A stretch of DNA of 64,000 bases from Amoebidium appalachense. Its lineage: Eukaryota > Protista > Ichthyosporea. Of this stretch, positions 35,552-49,727 are shown one piece after another. The stretch is from the NCBI GenBank assembly GCA_963693365.1, contig CAVNZM010000006.1, forward strand, positions 11,535,355 through 11,599,354, given 5' to 3'. Made by a program: the position numbers and the translations under genes. The stretch's first letter is position 1. Every line of letters begins with the position of its first letter. The notes under the pieces are model-generated. The model searched no databases. It was not told where the DNA came from and worked only from the letters and a program-made list of their open reading frames with translations.

Positions 35552-35611
<60 letters not shown>

Positions 35612-36312
35612 AGCACATGCACACGCACACGCACACGCGCACAGGCGAATGTGGGTGTACGAGCGTGCACACACACATGAACACACACAGACATGCACAT
35701 ACCCACGTGCATGTCGTGTGACCCGTGTGCACGCACACACCCACTCAAACATGCACACACACACACACGCACACATGCACACAAACATGCACACACACAC
35801 ACACGCACACATGCACACAAACATGCGCACACACACACCCACCCAAACATGCACGCACACACGCACGCACACATGCACACAAACATGCGCACACACACCC
35901 CCACCCAAACATGCACGCACACACGCATGCACACATGCACACAAACATGCGCGCACACACACACCCAAACATGCACGCACACACGGACACACGGACACAT
36001 GCACACAAACATGTTAATATGATATTGACTAGCACCTGTCCGCCTGTGTGCACCTGTTCCAGCCTGGATGTGACGTGCATTTAAGCACCTGCAGGTCTCT
36101 TCAACTCGCGTGCAATGACATGCGCCCCCCCCCTCCCCCCTCTCCCCCCCCCCCCCCCCCCCCCTCCTCCTTTTTTTTTTTTTGAGAGGAGGGAGGGAGG
36201 GGGAGGGAGGGGGTAAATGAAAGAACAGATGAGGAATGAATTAGAAAAGCAAAACAAAACAAAGAAACGGGAAACAATTGAAGCGGGTTCTAATGCTCAA
36301 GAAAACAGAAAA

Positions 36313-36375
<63 letters not shown>

Positions 36376-37787
36376 CGTGTGTGTGTGTGCACGTGTGTGT
36401 GTGTGTGCATGTGTGTGTGCGTGTGTGTGCGTGCGTGCGTGCATGCATGCGAGGTGGGGGGGGGGGGGGGGGGGGGGGGGCAGAAACAGAGAAAACACAT
36501 AAATGACATTATGCTATGCAAATTCAGACCGGCTGTGGTGCTTGATTTTAGAAGCGACCTTTCCCTTACTAATGTGTTCCGAATCCCCCCCCCCCCCCCC
36601 CCCCCCCCTCCAATCCTCCCCCGTGCAGGTCTTCCCGGCTTACACTGCAGGGAATAGTAGAGCTTGCAGCAAGAGCTTACACTTGCATGATTCAATATCT
36701 GTGGAATTGAAACCGTTCGGACGATGAATTACCCAGTTACTGCAGCCCACATCACGCACACATGGTTTTCTTTGCCCGTCACAGCACACATGCAAGCACA
36801 CACACCTGACACGTTTGAGCGGAATGCCGTGTGCCATGCGCCGTTGAATGCGGCCTCCAGCACTACCCTTGAGCCCTTGGCCAGTCCGTGCCTGCCTGCT
36901 GCCGTCTGCATCCACTGCACGGCCTGCTCCACGTCTGTCCCCGCCATGCGCACAGTGCGCCCGTCGATCAGCCGGTTGGCCGCATACCAGTCGTCCACGT
37001 GCAGCCCCACCAGCAGTCTCCTCTGGCCCAGATACAGGCCACGTGTGACCCACTGGAACCACGTGTTTGCCAGCGCCAGCGACAGCATTGTGTATGTGCC
37101 ATCCTGCACATAGTTGGGGCTGTCGGCCAGCGGGTGTGCACAGCCGTCACACAGGTCGTTTGCTGTGACGCTGAAGGCAAAGTGCATCTCCTGCGTGCCC
37201 ACTGTTGTGTTTGCAACATAGGCCGCCACAGGCCCGCTGTCATTTGCCTGGCCGTCACTGCTGTAGCGCATGAAGACGTCCACAGGGGCATTGCCAGCCA
37301 CGGCCAGGGGGGCAGCATACTGGGCCGGGTGGGCCACATCCCAGCTGCCGTGCACGTTCATGATGTCCCCGTAGGCTGCAGCCTGCTTGCTGTCAAACAC
37401 AACTCTCTTCGGCCCGGCACCGTTCCATGCTGCGGGCACCACGCCAGTGTAAGGGCCCGAGGCAGCGGCAGTGCTGTGCAGCACGGCCATGCGCACATTG
37501 TAGGTGGCCGCATAGGCCCTGAGGGGCTGCAGGTTGCCACCCAGCACACGGTCGCTGGTCAGCACGATGGCATGGTAGGCGCGTGTGCTCAGGTCCGGCA
37601 TGCTGCTGGTGGCCTCATAGGGTGTGCCGTAGCCCTCCAGCACCAGCCGCGCCACCTGCATATCGTCAGCAGTGCCGTACACAAGCAGCGTGCGCAGGCC
37701 CAGCTCATACTCGTCTGGCGTCGTGGGGCTGCACACGCCCAGGCTGCATGCTGCAGCTAGCACGCAGGCCCACAGAAAACGGGCCAT
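32143..37787 (-). CDS. Agd3-like (CE18-type) polysaccharide deacetylase, secreted with probable GPI-anchor signal
   Basis: Exons 37787-36806, 34740-34262, 33817-33606, 32722-32143. Signal peptide [20 protein letters not shown]; [25 protein letters not shown] (DD motif), [12 protein letters not shown] (metal His pair), [32 protein letters not shown], all matching recalled Agd3 motifs; Pro-rich stalk and hydrophobic C-terminus. Confidence 0.85.
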
Positions 37788-38975
37788 GGTGCAGTACTTA
37801 TGTTCCCGGTGTGTGGATAATAGACGGTTAGGTTTGGCTTGGTTTTGCCGTGCAAAGATGTGGATGTTGTGAAGAAAGACTGTATGTATGTGACTGTGTG
37901 CTGATGTACTGTGACACCGAGACACCCGGCAATGGGAAGTCACACCGAGACGATCTGGCTGACAAACGGCGCATCAAGATTCAGCCAATGATAAGGGCGC
38001 TTGCAAGGCGGGCAATAGATTGAACCTCAGTGGACGGCTGCCTGCGGCCTGCGCTGCGCTATTTATAACGCAGGAGGCCTCACACCCGGCCGTAGCCTTC
38101 ATTGCTATTATGCTGGCAATAATAATAAAAAGTAACCTTATTTAACAGAAATATAAAAAGCACATAAAGGCTAAGCTAAAATTTTGCGAAGAAACCATTT
38201 GTTACTTTATTTCTGAACCATGCCCTTGATACCCTAATATGAAAAGCAGATGCGAAAGTAATCGCCCTTACTTTTAAAAGAACCAATCACCTAGCTCAAT
38301 GCAAGATGCGCCAATGGCAAACGTCACATGCACGAAAGATACGCAATCGCTGGCGTAAACAAAAACACGCCTCCAGCTCAGGCATCAAGTGCACTCTGAC
38401 CAGAACCATGGCAAGGCTATTTTACACCTCTAAAACGACAACGACAAAGCAACGGAAAAAGCAGACGCCACAAACATGACGGTAGCTCGGGGCTGTGCGA
38501 TGTTCCTTTGCAGCGCAAAGCCTTGTATTGTTTGCTTGGTGGTCCCACTACCCCTGCCATGCATGCTGCAGCTTTCTAAGCCATTGACCAGGTAAAGAGG
38601 GGCCAACTATCAACATATGCATGGCCATGGGCTATTATGATTTGTACATGTGCCTGTGGAGTCCAGGCATGGTGTGGGTTTTCCTGGAACAAAGAGGATT
38701 ATTGAGGCCGCGGCGCGACTGGGGCAGCTGCAGGCCGGCTGCCAGCTGCAGCAGCGTGTGCTTATGTATGCGCGTGTCACGGTCTGTGCGTGTGTGCGTG
38801 TGTGCTTGCGTGTGTTATTGGGTCTGTGCGTTTTTGCGTGTGTGCTTTTCTTATTATGCGTGTGTGGATTTGTGTGCGTGCGTGTGTGTGTGTGTGTGTG
38901 CACGTGTGTGCATTGCTTGAGTGCGCATGCGTGCGTGAACCCTGTATCGAAGTTTCACTAATAGCAGAGAAAGGG

Positions 38976-39735
38976 TGATCAGTTAGACTTCTAAACTGCC
39001 AACTAAACTAACTAGCTACGTGTCTTAGTGAGTGATAAATTCACCTAACATAACTACTAGAATAGAACCGTACCACCTCTGCAGAGGTCAAGTGGTACAC
39101 GCAGCCACCTGTGCAGTCGGTTGTGTAGGCCGGGCGCACAGAGTGTAAACCAACGGAGTCGAGTCAGAGATTTCAAGTATGAGCACTTTAATGACCAGGT
39201 TAGCTAATCCGGTGACTGAAGTGACCCAGTCACCCCTATACCCGATGGGCAGACAGGCTCTGCCCAATAGCCAATAAACTCAAAGCACGAATGCGCCCGA
39301 TTGGCTGAAACTTATCTCATTGAATTTCCGGATTATCCTATGATATAAGCGCAATAGGAAAATAAGTCCCGCTATAATGTGGCTGGGCCACAATACTAGT
39401 AGAACTTATATATACAACGGTTCCTAATGGACAGACTATGTAAATAAAGTGCCGGGTGGTGGTGTGTGCAACTACAAGTGTATGAAACTTGCCGATAACT
39501 CACCACTCACTACATACATATGTATTCAAACCGATAAATAACAGCTGACCTAATTTGATTGAATGGTTCCCAAGGGGGGCAACCAATCGGGAAGCTGTGG
39601 TAACGTGTGATTTAGCAATCTCGTGTAGGCGAAATACCAAACACATTCCAGGCGGGAGAGACAGATCACCCAGATACTGCACACTGCAGCACACACATGT
39701 ATGATCAAGTCTTCATATATATCATATTCCTGACA
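38976..39735 (-). repeat. Probable 3' LTR of the copia element (~760 bp)
   Basis: On the - strand a purine tract AAGGGGAC directly precedes TGTCAG at 39735; a near-inverted end ...CTGATCA lies at 38976. No second LTR is present to confirm the distal boundary. Confidence 0.5.
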
Positions 39736-39774
39736 GTCCCCTTAAGACGTAGACGTACATGAACACACGTTGTC

Positions 39775-39894
<120 letters not shown>

Positions 39895-40150
39895 ATAAGC
39901 GCAAACACAAGTCCACAAAACTACCACAAACACACAACATGTTAATCCAAACAACCTTAAGCTTTTACAGATAGAAGATCACACCTCAGCACACAAAAAA
40001 TAGGAAAAATAGTAGCAAAAAGGTAATTTCCCTAATTTTCCGAAAATCTGCGCACGCAGCGAAAAAACACAAGGAATTTAGGACACACTTTTCGCACAAC
40101 CATGCTAACAGTGGAATACACACACAAACCGATCTCAGACACACTCACAT

Positions 40151-42445
40151 TCACCGGGGATCCATTCCAGCCAAAACACGGCACATCTCCAGCTGAGTTT
40201 TGGGTGGTGCCTTCGTCAGCATGTCCGCCGCCTGCTGATTGGTTGGGATGTAGTCAAGACGGATGTCCCCGCGGGCCACATGCAGACGCACCAGGTGGTA
40301 CTTCATTGCAATGTGTTTGGTCCGCGAGAAAAGTTCCGGATTCTGCGCAATCCGAATGCAGGCCTGGTTGTCTTCGTGCAGCACCACAGGGCCCTTGATG
40401 GTGATGGCAAAATCGGCCAATAGCATGCGCAGCCAGAGGGCCTCCTTGGTGGCGCGTGCGGCAGCGATGTACTCGCCCTCTGCGGTGGAGTCGGCAAGCA
40501 GGGACTGCAGCTTCGTGGCACCACCAGCCAGCACGAACAGGTCACAGGACGTAGAGCGACGGGTGTCCACACAGCTGCCCCAGTCAGCGTCGGAGTAGCC
40601 CTCCAAGGTGATTGGCTGGTCAGCGCCTACACGCCGAAAGGTGATGCCGTGGTTGATAGTCTCCTTGACGAAACGCAGCACTCGCTTGGCCGCCTGAAAA
40701 TGGGCCGGGCCTGGGTTCTGCAGGAAACGAGCCAGCTGAGACACGGCGTAGACGATGTCGGGCCTGGTCCACGTTGCTAAGTACTGCAGGCTCCCCACCA
40801 CTGATTGGTAGAGGGTCACAAGCTGCTGGTCGGGGGGGTTGGCCTGCGACAGCGCCTTGCTGAGACGGTCTGGTGTCATGGGGGTGTCGATGGGCTTGCA
40901 GTCCTCCATGCCAAACCGTTCGAGCACCTCCATGGCGTAGGCGGCCTGGTGCATTTTGACGCTGTTGTCCCCATAGAGCAGCTGTACCCCCAAGAATATG
41001 TCGGCCTGCTCCTTGTACTTGACGGTGAAAAACTGGCTGAGCTCCGTGCGCAGCTGATCGGCCATTCCATTGGTGGGGGTGGACACCAGCAGGTCGTCCA
41101 CATGGGTGGTGATGTAGGTGTCGCCTTCTTCGCCGCGTCGCACAAAAAGGCAGGGGTCGCTTGCTGATTGGGTAAAACCCATAGCCACGAGTGCCTCAGT
41201 CAGAGTTTCGTGCCCGGCACGGGAGCTCTGCTTTAGCCCGTAGATGGCCTTGTTGAGTCGGCAGACCAAGTCTTCGTTGCCTTTCTCCACAAAAACCAGC
41301 AGGCTGCTCGATGTAGATCTCATCGGTGATGGGAGCAGACAGGAATGCAGTCTCCACATCAAACTGGCTGAGGTGGTGTCCCCTTGCCGCCGCGACGGCG
41401 ACTACCACACGTGTGGTGGCGGCGTGGGCGGTGGGGGAGAAAGTCTTGCCAAAATCTACGCCTGCACGTTGGGTGAAGCCCTTAGCCACATAGCGCGTCT
41501 TAAAATGAGAGATATAGCCATTAGGGTCGGTCTTGGTGTCAAATACCCAACGGGTTTTAATTGCGCGCCGTCCGGCAGGAAGGTGGCAGAGCACCCACGT
41601 GTCGTTCTTGATCAGCGAATTGAATTCGGCCTGGGCTGCATTCCACCAATCATCCGCCTGCGGTGAAGCCAATGCTTGGCGCATGGTCCCGGGGATGACC
41701 ACCTCGGACCTGTGCAGCAGGGGCACGAAGGTGTTGCCTGCACTGCCCAGGGTGCTTGCGGGTAAAGCCGCCGCGTTGCACAGCGCACGTGCCTCGTACG
41801 TCGCGCCGCCGCCGTTGCCCTCATGCTTCTCGTTGTTGAAGATTGTCCCACGGCGTGTTGCCATTGGACGATGGTGGCTCGCAAGTGGGGCCTCATCCGT
41901 GAAGTGAACCCGTTTTGCAGGTGCCGTCACCTTGCTGGGGGTGTCTGCCAGAACACGTTTCAGCGATGGTTGGGGAGGACCGGTTTTGGCGTTGTTGCTT
42001 GCTGCCGCATTATCCCCATGCACACTGATATCAGCGGGTGAATCTGATTGGCCGATACCGTCCACGAGGTCGAGCAGGTGTTGCAGCTCGGCAGGCTCCT
42101 GCTGATTGGCTGTGGTGTCGGTCTCAATCGCCACTATGCCCTGCCTGACCGACACATGGCCAGCACCCGGTAGGCCTTGCGCTGGGGGTCGTAGCCCACA
42201 AGCATGCCATACTCAGCACGGGGGCTGAGTTTGTCATTGCAGTCCTCCTTGGGCACATATGCGTAGACGCGGCAGCCAAAAGCGCGCAAGTGGGCCACAG
42301 AGGGCGACGACCATACAGGGCCTCATATGGGGTCATACCGAGGGTACCTGAGTAGGGGCACAGGTTGCCGATGTAGACAGCGGTGCGCATAGTCTCGTGC
42401 CAATACTTGCAGGGCAGGTCGGGCACAGACAGCTGCAGCGCGCGG
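40151..42445 (-). mobile_element. Decayed Ty1/copia retrotransposon pol (integrase C-terminal half, RT, RNase H), 5' truncated and frameshifted
   Basis: TPYEALYGRRP...HLRAFGC...DKLSPRA integrase; EFNSLIKNDTW, RYVAKGFTQRAGVDF, FDVETAFL, KAIYGLKQS, DPCLF, HVDD RT; YSDADW, EDNQ, TKHI, ADMLTK RNase H. INT-RT-RH order. Frameshifts near 42300, 42160 and 41300. Confidence 0.95.
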
Positions 42446-42610
42446 GTCGGGTATCATAATGAGAGAACTGTGTTGCTTTCTGCTTATTCGTTTGCTGACT
42501 TACAACCAATCACGTGCATCACCCAGCCTCATGAGCACATGCTTGCCACGACTATGTCACCAGTTAACCCCCTCTCCCCCTCTCCACCCCCCCCCCCCCC
42601 CCCCCCCCCC

Positions 42611-42662
<52 letters not shown>

Positions 42663-43034
42663 AAGAAAGAAAAGAAAAAAAAAACCGAGGGAAAACGGGG
42701 GCAATGCCACTGCCACCTTTGCTTACATCTGCTGCAGATCGTATCCCCCCCCCCCCCCCCCCCACCCCACCCCACCCCCCGGGCCCCTCCCCCTCCCCCC
42801 GACCCCACCATTCCCGACCCCTGCCTTCGCTCGGCAACCACAACGAAGAACAAACAAGCCCCCCCCAAAGAATAAGGAAGAGAGGAAGAGGGGAAAGGTG
42901 AGTTCTAGAAGCTTCCTGATATCGATTATCTCTGGATCTGTTGCAGTCATTATGGGCCCACTTGCGACGTGCTACTTGACCCTCCCCCCCCCTCCCCCTC
43001 CCCTGCCCCCTCTCCCCCCCCCCCCCCCCCTTTT

Positions 43035-43089
<55 letters not shown>

Positions 43090-43387
43090 GGGTTGGCCCG
43101 AGGAGGGAGGGTGGGGAGGAGGATGGGCTGCTATGGCCTTTGAGATGATTCAGTCACGATGACGCAAGATGCGCGAGGGAGAGAACTTAGCACAGTAGAG
43201 CTGAAACACAAGAGTTTCATCGTAGTGTTGGTACCCCGGCTAAAGGCGGTGGTGCAGAACAAGCCAAACTACGAACCAAGTCAAACAGAAAGGAAGATTG
43301 TGCGGCATGTGGTGGTGCCGGTATAGGCGGTTCTGTGCAGCACAGTGGTGAACTCCCAGAAGAAACACGACCAATCCCTGAGTATCA

Positions 43388-43607
43388 TTTTTTTATTTTT
43401 TATTTATTTTTATTTTATTTTATCCCGTAACGGTTTTGTTCCCGGAGGGACCCCTTGGGGCCCTCATGGGGAACTGCCGTCTTCCACCCAGCACCGACAG
43501 CACTCCAGCTAGGGTGCTACGGTATTACTAGCTAGGCCAACACACCATTAACAATCCTAACTATTTGCACACACTTAGCCCAGGGTATTCACCCCAGCCA
43601 CGGCGGT
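43388..43607 (-). mobile_element. 220-bp retroposed insert (SINE or 5'-truncated LINE 3' end) with A-rich tail and 15-bp TSD
   Basis: Flanked by AATCCCTGAGTATCA (43373-43387) and AATCCCTGGGTATCA (43608-43622); T-rich tract 43388-43422 is the (TAAAA)n tail on the - strand. Confidence 0.8.
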
Positions 43608-44992
43608 AATCCCTGGGTATCACAACAGTGGCATGTGTGGCTGTCTGTCTGGATTATGGCAAAAGGGGGGATTGGCAGGGGGGAGGGGGGGGGGGGGGGG
43701 GGGGGGAGGGGTAGACAGCATGTATACTACACACACAGAAAAAAACCCACAGGCACACAGGCACCCACTCACCCTTTGCATCCACCCACACACGACGCTT
43801 GCACTTAACACGTTTGAGTTCTCAAGCACACATCACACCCACCACCACGGTCACGCACCTACGGGTAGGTAGAGGAGAGCCCCAGAGTGGAGGCTCCTCT
43901 CTTGCTCCCCCCCCCCCCCCCCCTCTTCTCGAATTCCCCACCCTCCGTGCCTAAAAAACAAGGAGTTGTACACTGAATCCTGTGATAAGAATAACTTCCC
44001 AAAGGCTTCCTCCCGGGGTTCCCCTCTCTCCCTCAGCCGCTTTCCCACTATCTTTTCCGCCTTTGATACAAAACATGGGATATATCATGAAAGTCTCACA
44101 TCCGTGGTGGCTGATGTGTCCAGCATGTGTACGTTGACGGATTTTCATTTCCTGGTGCCTAAAAAATTTGTGTGGCACTTAAAACCACATGTTTTCAAAT
44201 TGTGTATGCAACAAAGTTGCTATATGCGTGTGACTGACAGTGGGTTACCATATGCGTGTGACTGACAGTGTGTGGCTTATGTATGTGCATGTATCGCGTG
44301 CGGTTGTAACAGTCGTATAGTGTGGCATGGTGTAGCGTAATGGTTGTGTGTGCTTGTGGGTGTGTGTTTGGGCGTATTGGTGCGTGCTTGCGCACACGCG
44401 TATATGTGCATGCCCGTGTATTAAAACTGAATTGCATCGTGACGCTGTGCATGGTAGTGCCCGTGCGTGTGTGTGCACGTGTCGACAGGCTTGCTGGTGT
44501 GGGGCATTGTGATAGGATGGGGGCCTGTCACGGTGGCTGGGGGGACCCGCAGCGGTAAACGATAATCAGTCGTTGCACACGGAGATAGAAGATCTGGCTG
44601 TGATGTCCTGAACTGTGAAAGGTCCTTACATATACATGCATGCTCACCTCTGAGTCAGTGTTTGGAGTAGCTTGCAGGGATTTGGTGGGTTAATTTTCTT
44701 TGGGGGGTGAGTATGTTTGCAGGTGTAACAGGTGCAGCAATGTGTGTGTGGGCCGGTTGTGGGCGTGTGTGTGTGTGTGTGTGTGTGTGGTGGTGGGTGG
44801 GGGGGGGGGGGGGGGTTTGAATGCGGAACACGGTACGAGGGGGGGGGGGGGGAGAGCCACAACACACAATGGCCAAAGCTCTATGATTCCACAGCTATCA
44901 CATGGGTTGGAAGCAAAAATCAACACTGCACCAATTGACGCCTAAGCACCCATTCTCAGGAGGAGGCTTAGGTCGTTCTGCTGGCGGTGTGT

Positions 44993-45060
<68 letters not shown>

Positions 45061-45409
45061 GGCGGGCACGGTTGCTGGGTAGCAGGAGAAAATGCGACTG
45101 AACAGTGATCGTATTCGTCGTGATTGTGTGATGTGTGACAACCAGGGATTCATGAGGTTTCATGTGCACCGGGCACGAGAATGTATTTTCAACATATTTT
45201 CATAGACAACTGAGTCAGATGCGGCCAGCGGTGCTGCTGCTACATGGAATACGGGATATACTACAATAGAATAGAGAGAGAATGCACAGCAAGCCCCCCT
45301 AAATCTGCACAACAGGCAACTTCTTTGTCTTGACCATCGGGGGGTGGGCGGGCCGCGTATACCCGCCACACCCGATAAGACTAACTAATATCGGAATGAG
45401 GCATGGGGC

Positions 45410-46866
45410 CTACTTTGAGGCAAAGATGTCGCCCGTGAGGCCCTGGTAGTCCAGGCCACCCTCGACACCCGGGTAGGCCTTGAGCTTGCTCAGCACGTAC
45501 GTGGCCACCTCGGGCGACAGCTCCCGCCTGATCTCGGCCTCGGTGATGTAGGGCTGGGGGGCAGGGGGGGGTTAGTGGCTGGGGGGCATGGGGGGCATTG
45601 AGGGGCATGCACAGGGAGGGAGGGGGTTACCTTGTCGCCGGCAATGAGGCGGAAGGAGTCGACAAACTGCTCGGCCGAGTTTGTGTCCTGCTTGTCACGG
45701 GACATGAAGTCCAGGAAGGCCTCGAAGGTCACGCGGCCGCTGTTCTCGGGGTCCACGGCCTTCATGATCTTGTCGAAGGCCCGGTCCTCCTCGCCGGCCT
45801 TGGGCTCGGGCAGGTCGTAGCCGATGGACAGCAGGCAGCTGCGGAACTCGTTGCGGCTTAGCTCGCCGGTCTTGTCCTTGTCAAAGAAGCTGAAGCTCTC
45901 CTTGTACTCCTTCATCTGCGCCTCGGTGATGCCGCCCTGCTCGCGCATGAGGATCTGGTTCTCCAGGGTGTTGATGGTCTTGGTGCCCAGCCCCTGCAGC
46001 TGCTCGTACAGCACGTCCAGCTCCTCGACCGTGTAGTTGGCGTGCGGGTTCTCGTAGATCTTGGCCTCCTCCAGCGCATTGCCCACCTCGTGCACCGCCC
46101 CCAAGGCCGCCTGCAGCTGCATGCACTGCGCCTGCTTGCTCTGCACCGCCGCAAGTTGCTCCTGCAACCCCCAGTCCGTGTCAGCATCAGCCCTCTTGCA
46201 GGCACCATCACCATCACCATCACCACACACACACACACACACCCACCCACACCCACCCACACCCACCTCGAGGGTGCCCGAGTCGGGGCGGTCGCGGTAC
46301 TCCTGCAGCCTGTCCTCGAGGCTGTGGCCCAGGGCATTTGCCTGTGTGGCGTAGTCCTTGCGCAGGGCCTCGCGCTGCTCCTGGTTGGTCTGCTCAGCCG
46401 CCAGTGCCTCCTCCCTCTGGGTGGCCAGCTGCTGCAGGTCGGCCCACAGCCCCAGCACGGCATCCTTGCTCAGCGACGTGTAGGCCGTCTCCGTTGCCCC
46501 CTCGGCCCCAATCTGGTCCGCCAGTGCCTCCAGCGCATCCACCTCGCTCTGGTGTGCCTTTGTGGCTGCCGCAAACTCAGCATGCCCCTTCGTGGCGTCC
46601 TGCACACTCAAATCGTTAGACACAACTCACATCCTGCCTGTTGCTATCACCCCACTACTTGGCCTCTTTCTCTCTCTCTCTCTCTCTCTCCCCCCCCCCC
46701 CCCCCCCCCCCCCCCCGCCTCTCGAAAGGGCAGGATTCAGCTCCGGACCACAGACAACATGACCACCTACAAAAAATGAAACGAGCTAGCCATGCAGACG
46801 CTAATACTACTGAACGTATATGCAAGTGCAGGACATGCCAAAAGCAGGGCAGGAGGGCTCGGGGGT

Positions 46867-46916
<50 letters not shown>

Positions 46917-46926
46917 GGGGGGGGGG

Positions 46927-46975
<49 letters not shown>

Positions 46976-48692
46976 GGGTTAAGAATGTGTACAAAACAAA
47001 GTGAACATCATGAAGGGTTAAATTTGGATGCGTCATAACGTACGGAATACACATTTGCAATGCAGAGTGCAAACCACACATAAAAGAGGTGGGGAAGCGG
47101 GGAAAAGGTGGGGTTTTAAATGTCGGTGCACAGTATGACAGATGTCCAAAAAGAACCCACAAGAGTAGACGAAGTATAGAGGATATAATCATGACACTGC
47201 GCACAAAAAAAGCAGTTAGGGGTCAGCAGGTGATGATGGCCGTCATGGTAAGCAGGGCCCATTCTCAGACGGACAGGCGGATGCCAAGTCATATATATAG
47301 GGGTTTATGGTATCAAGCCACACCATGCAAGATGCAAAGACAGAACAGCGAGATGGTGTGCCTCTATCGTACCTCGAGGCCCTGCAGGGTGGTGATGCCC
47401 AGGTCTGCCAGCAGCTCCTCCTGGGCCCCCTCGACCCACGTGTTGAATGTCTGCCAAGCAAACCGTCAGCACCGTGCACATCCCCCCCCCCCCCCCCCCC
47501 CCAAAATGGCAGGGCACGTACGGCGGCCTTGGTGGCGTACTCGAGCTGCAGCTCGTCGATCTGCTCAAAGCGCTTGTGGGCCGCATCCAGCCCGGCCTTG
47601 CGCTGCTCGGCCAGGTCCACCAGCGTCTGCCACTGGCCCTCGGCCTCCTCCGTCTGCGCCACAATCTGCGGCGCCTCCGTGAACTCCCCAGCTGCAAGCT
47701 CATCGGCAATGGCCCGCAGCTGCTTGACGCGGTCGCTGTGTGCCTGGATGTCTCCGTCCGCAGCCTGCAACCCACACGTTAGCCCCCGCACACATGAATG
47801 CTCGCCTGCTTCATCCCTCAGCACCTCCACCACTTTCCCATCTGCTCCAAACCTTAGTGCAGGATATGTATGCATGAATCCCCCCCCCCCTCCCCCCCCA
47901 AAGCAGTCATTTGCTTCAAAGCTATCCATGCCCAGGCGCCCATCCCGTGCAGTGGTACATCGGAATAATGTCCGTATGCAACATGGCACACATCATGCAG
48001 GCAAGGAGTGCACATGCCTTGTGTTGGCGCACCAGGGCGGTGACGGAGGGCAGGTCGTGGCCGTAGTCGTCCGAGCGCATCTTGTCTGTGCGGTTGCCCA
48101 TCCACTTGTTGTGGATGGCCGCCTTGGCCCGGAACCGCTTGGCCAGCCGGGCCAGCTTGTCGAGGCGCTCCTGCTCGCTGCGCAGGAACCCCTCCCGCTG
48201 CTTCTCGGCCGCATCCAGGCCCTTCCAGGCCGCGTTGATATCCTGCAGACACATGCATCAGCCCCCATGCATCCATCACCCTGCATGCAAGGGCAGACAG
48301 ATACGCACCGAGACCAGGCGGCCCTCCTGGGGGTGGTAGGGGGGGCGGTTGTTGAGGCGCAGCTTGGTCTGCAGGGTGGCGTAGTGGGCCTCGAGCTGGG
48401 CACGCTCCTGACTCTTGGGGGGCTTCTCGCCCTTGCGGTAGTCCCGCAGCTCGGCAAAGCTGGCGGCCACCTGGTCCAGCGATTGGTAGCGGCTCTGCTG
48501 CGTCAGCTCCCCGGTCTTGGCCTCGATCCATGCAAGCAGCTGCACACCACCCACAGTCAGTATCTGCCCTCAGCACCAACCCTAGACATCCCAAGGTGTG
48601 TGTTCACAGTTGGAGAAAAGACCCCCCCCCCGCCCCGTGCAATTACAATACAACACTACGATTCCCTTTACACAGACAGAATATAACCCCCC

Positions 48693-48723
<31 letters not shown>

Positions 48724-49686
48724 AAAAAACCGTTGCCCCCAACTGACGTGTCACGAGAGTAACATGGGCGGAAGGACCAGCACTCAAAGTATGTTTAGCA
48801 TTCACATCATTCCAAAATTCACGCCAGGTATAACGATGGATATACCTTCACAGCCCCCCCTCCCCCCCCCCCCCCCTCTCTTTTCCCGCCCCCACCGACC
48901 CAAGAGGATTTGAGCTCGTCTACATACACAATAATGTATACCCTATTCCCTTCTTGTCTCTAGACCGTGATATGTCTAGCACACACACGCACACGCATAT
49001 ATATATTGTGGTGGTGGTGGTGGTGTGTGTGTGTGTGTGGTGGTGGTGGTGGTGGTGGTGGTGGTGGGGGGGGGGGGGGGGGGGGCACGATGTATGAGGG
49101 GTGACGATGGCATCGAAGAAAAGACATACAAGTCTAGCCCCAACCGACTCTAGACCAGGCAAAACACAGGCCAATCCGATCCACCGTCTATGCAAAATAT
49201 GGCTTGCCAGACCAACGCCTAAACCACCAGCCCCCCTCCCTACCGCACAGAACAACTAGAGAATACTCACATCGGAGACCCGTGTCTCGTACTCGTCAAT
49301 GAGCGCCTGGAACTCACGGTCCATGCCCAGCACGGCTGACAGGCGGCGTGCTGCCGTCTCGGCCTTGCCCATGCCGGCAAATGCGTGGTAGTAGGCGGCA
49401 ACATACGTCATCACGGAACGCTCATCGGGGCGGGTGGTGTTCAACATGTCTGTGGCGCCAAGGGTCAGCATGTTTGAGATGCAGGGTGAGGGTTTTCGGT
49501 CCAGTACCAAGCATTCCAGCTAGAAGCACAGCCCCCTCCCCTCTCCTTCCCCCCCCCCCTCTCCATCACCCAAATCACACACCCCCTACGCGAGGCAACG
49601 GGGAACACCTGGACATATGCCACAACGGAGAGCAGAAGCAGAGCCCTTAATCGCGCGTACAGAGGGGAACTCAGTGGGGCTTTTTT

Positions 49687-49727
<41 letters not shown>

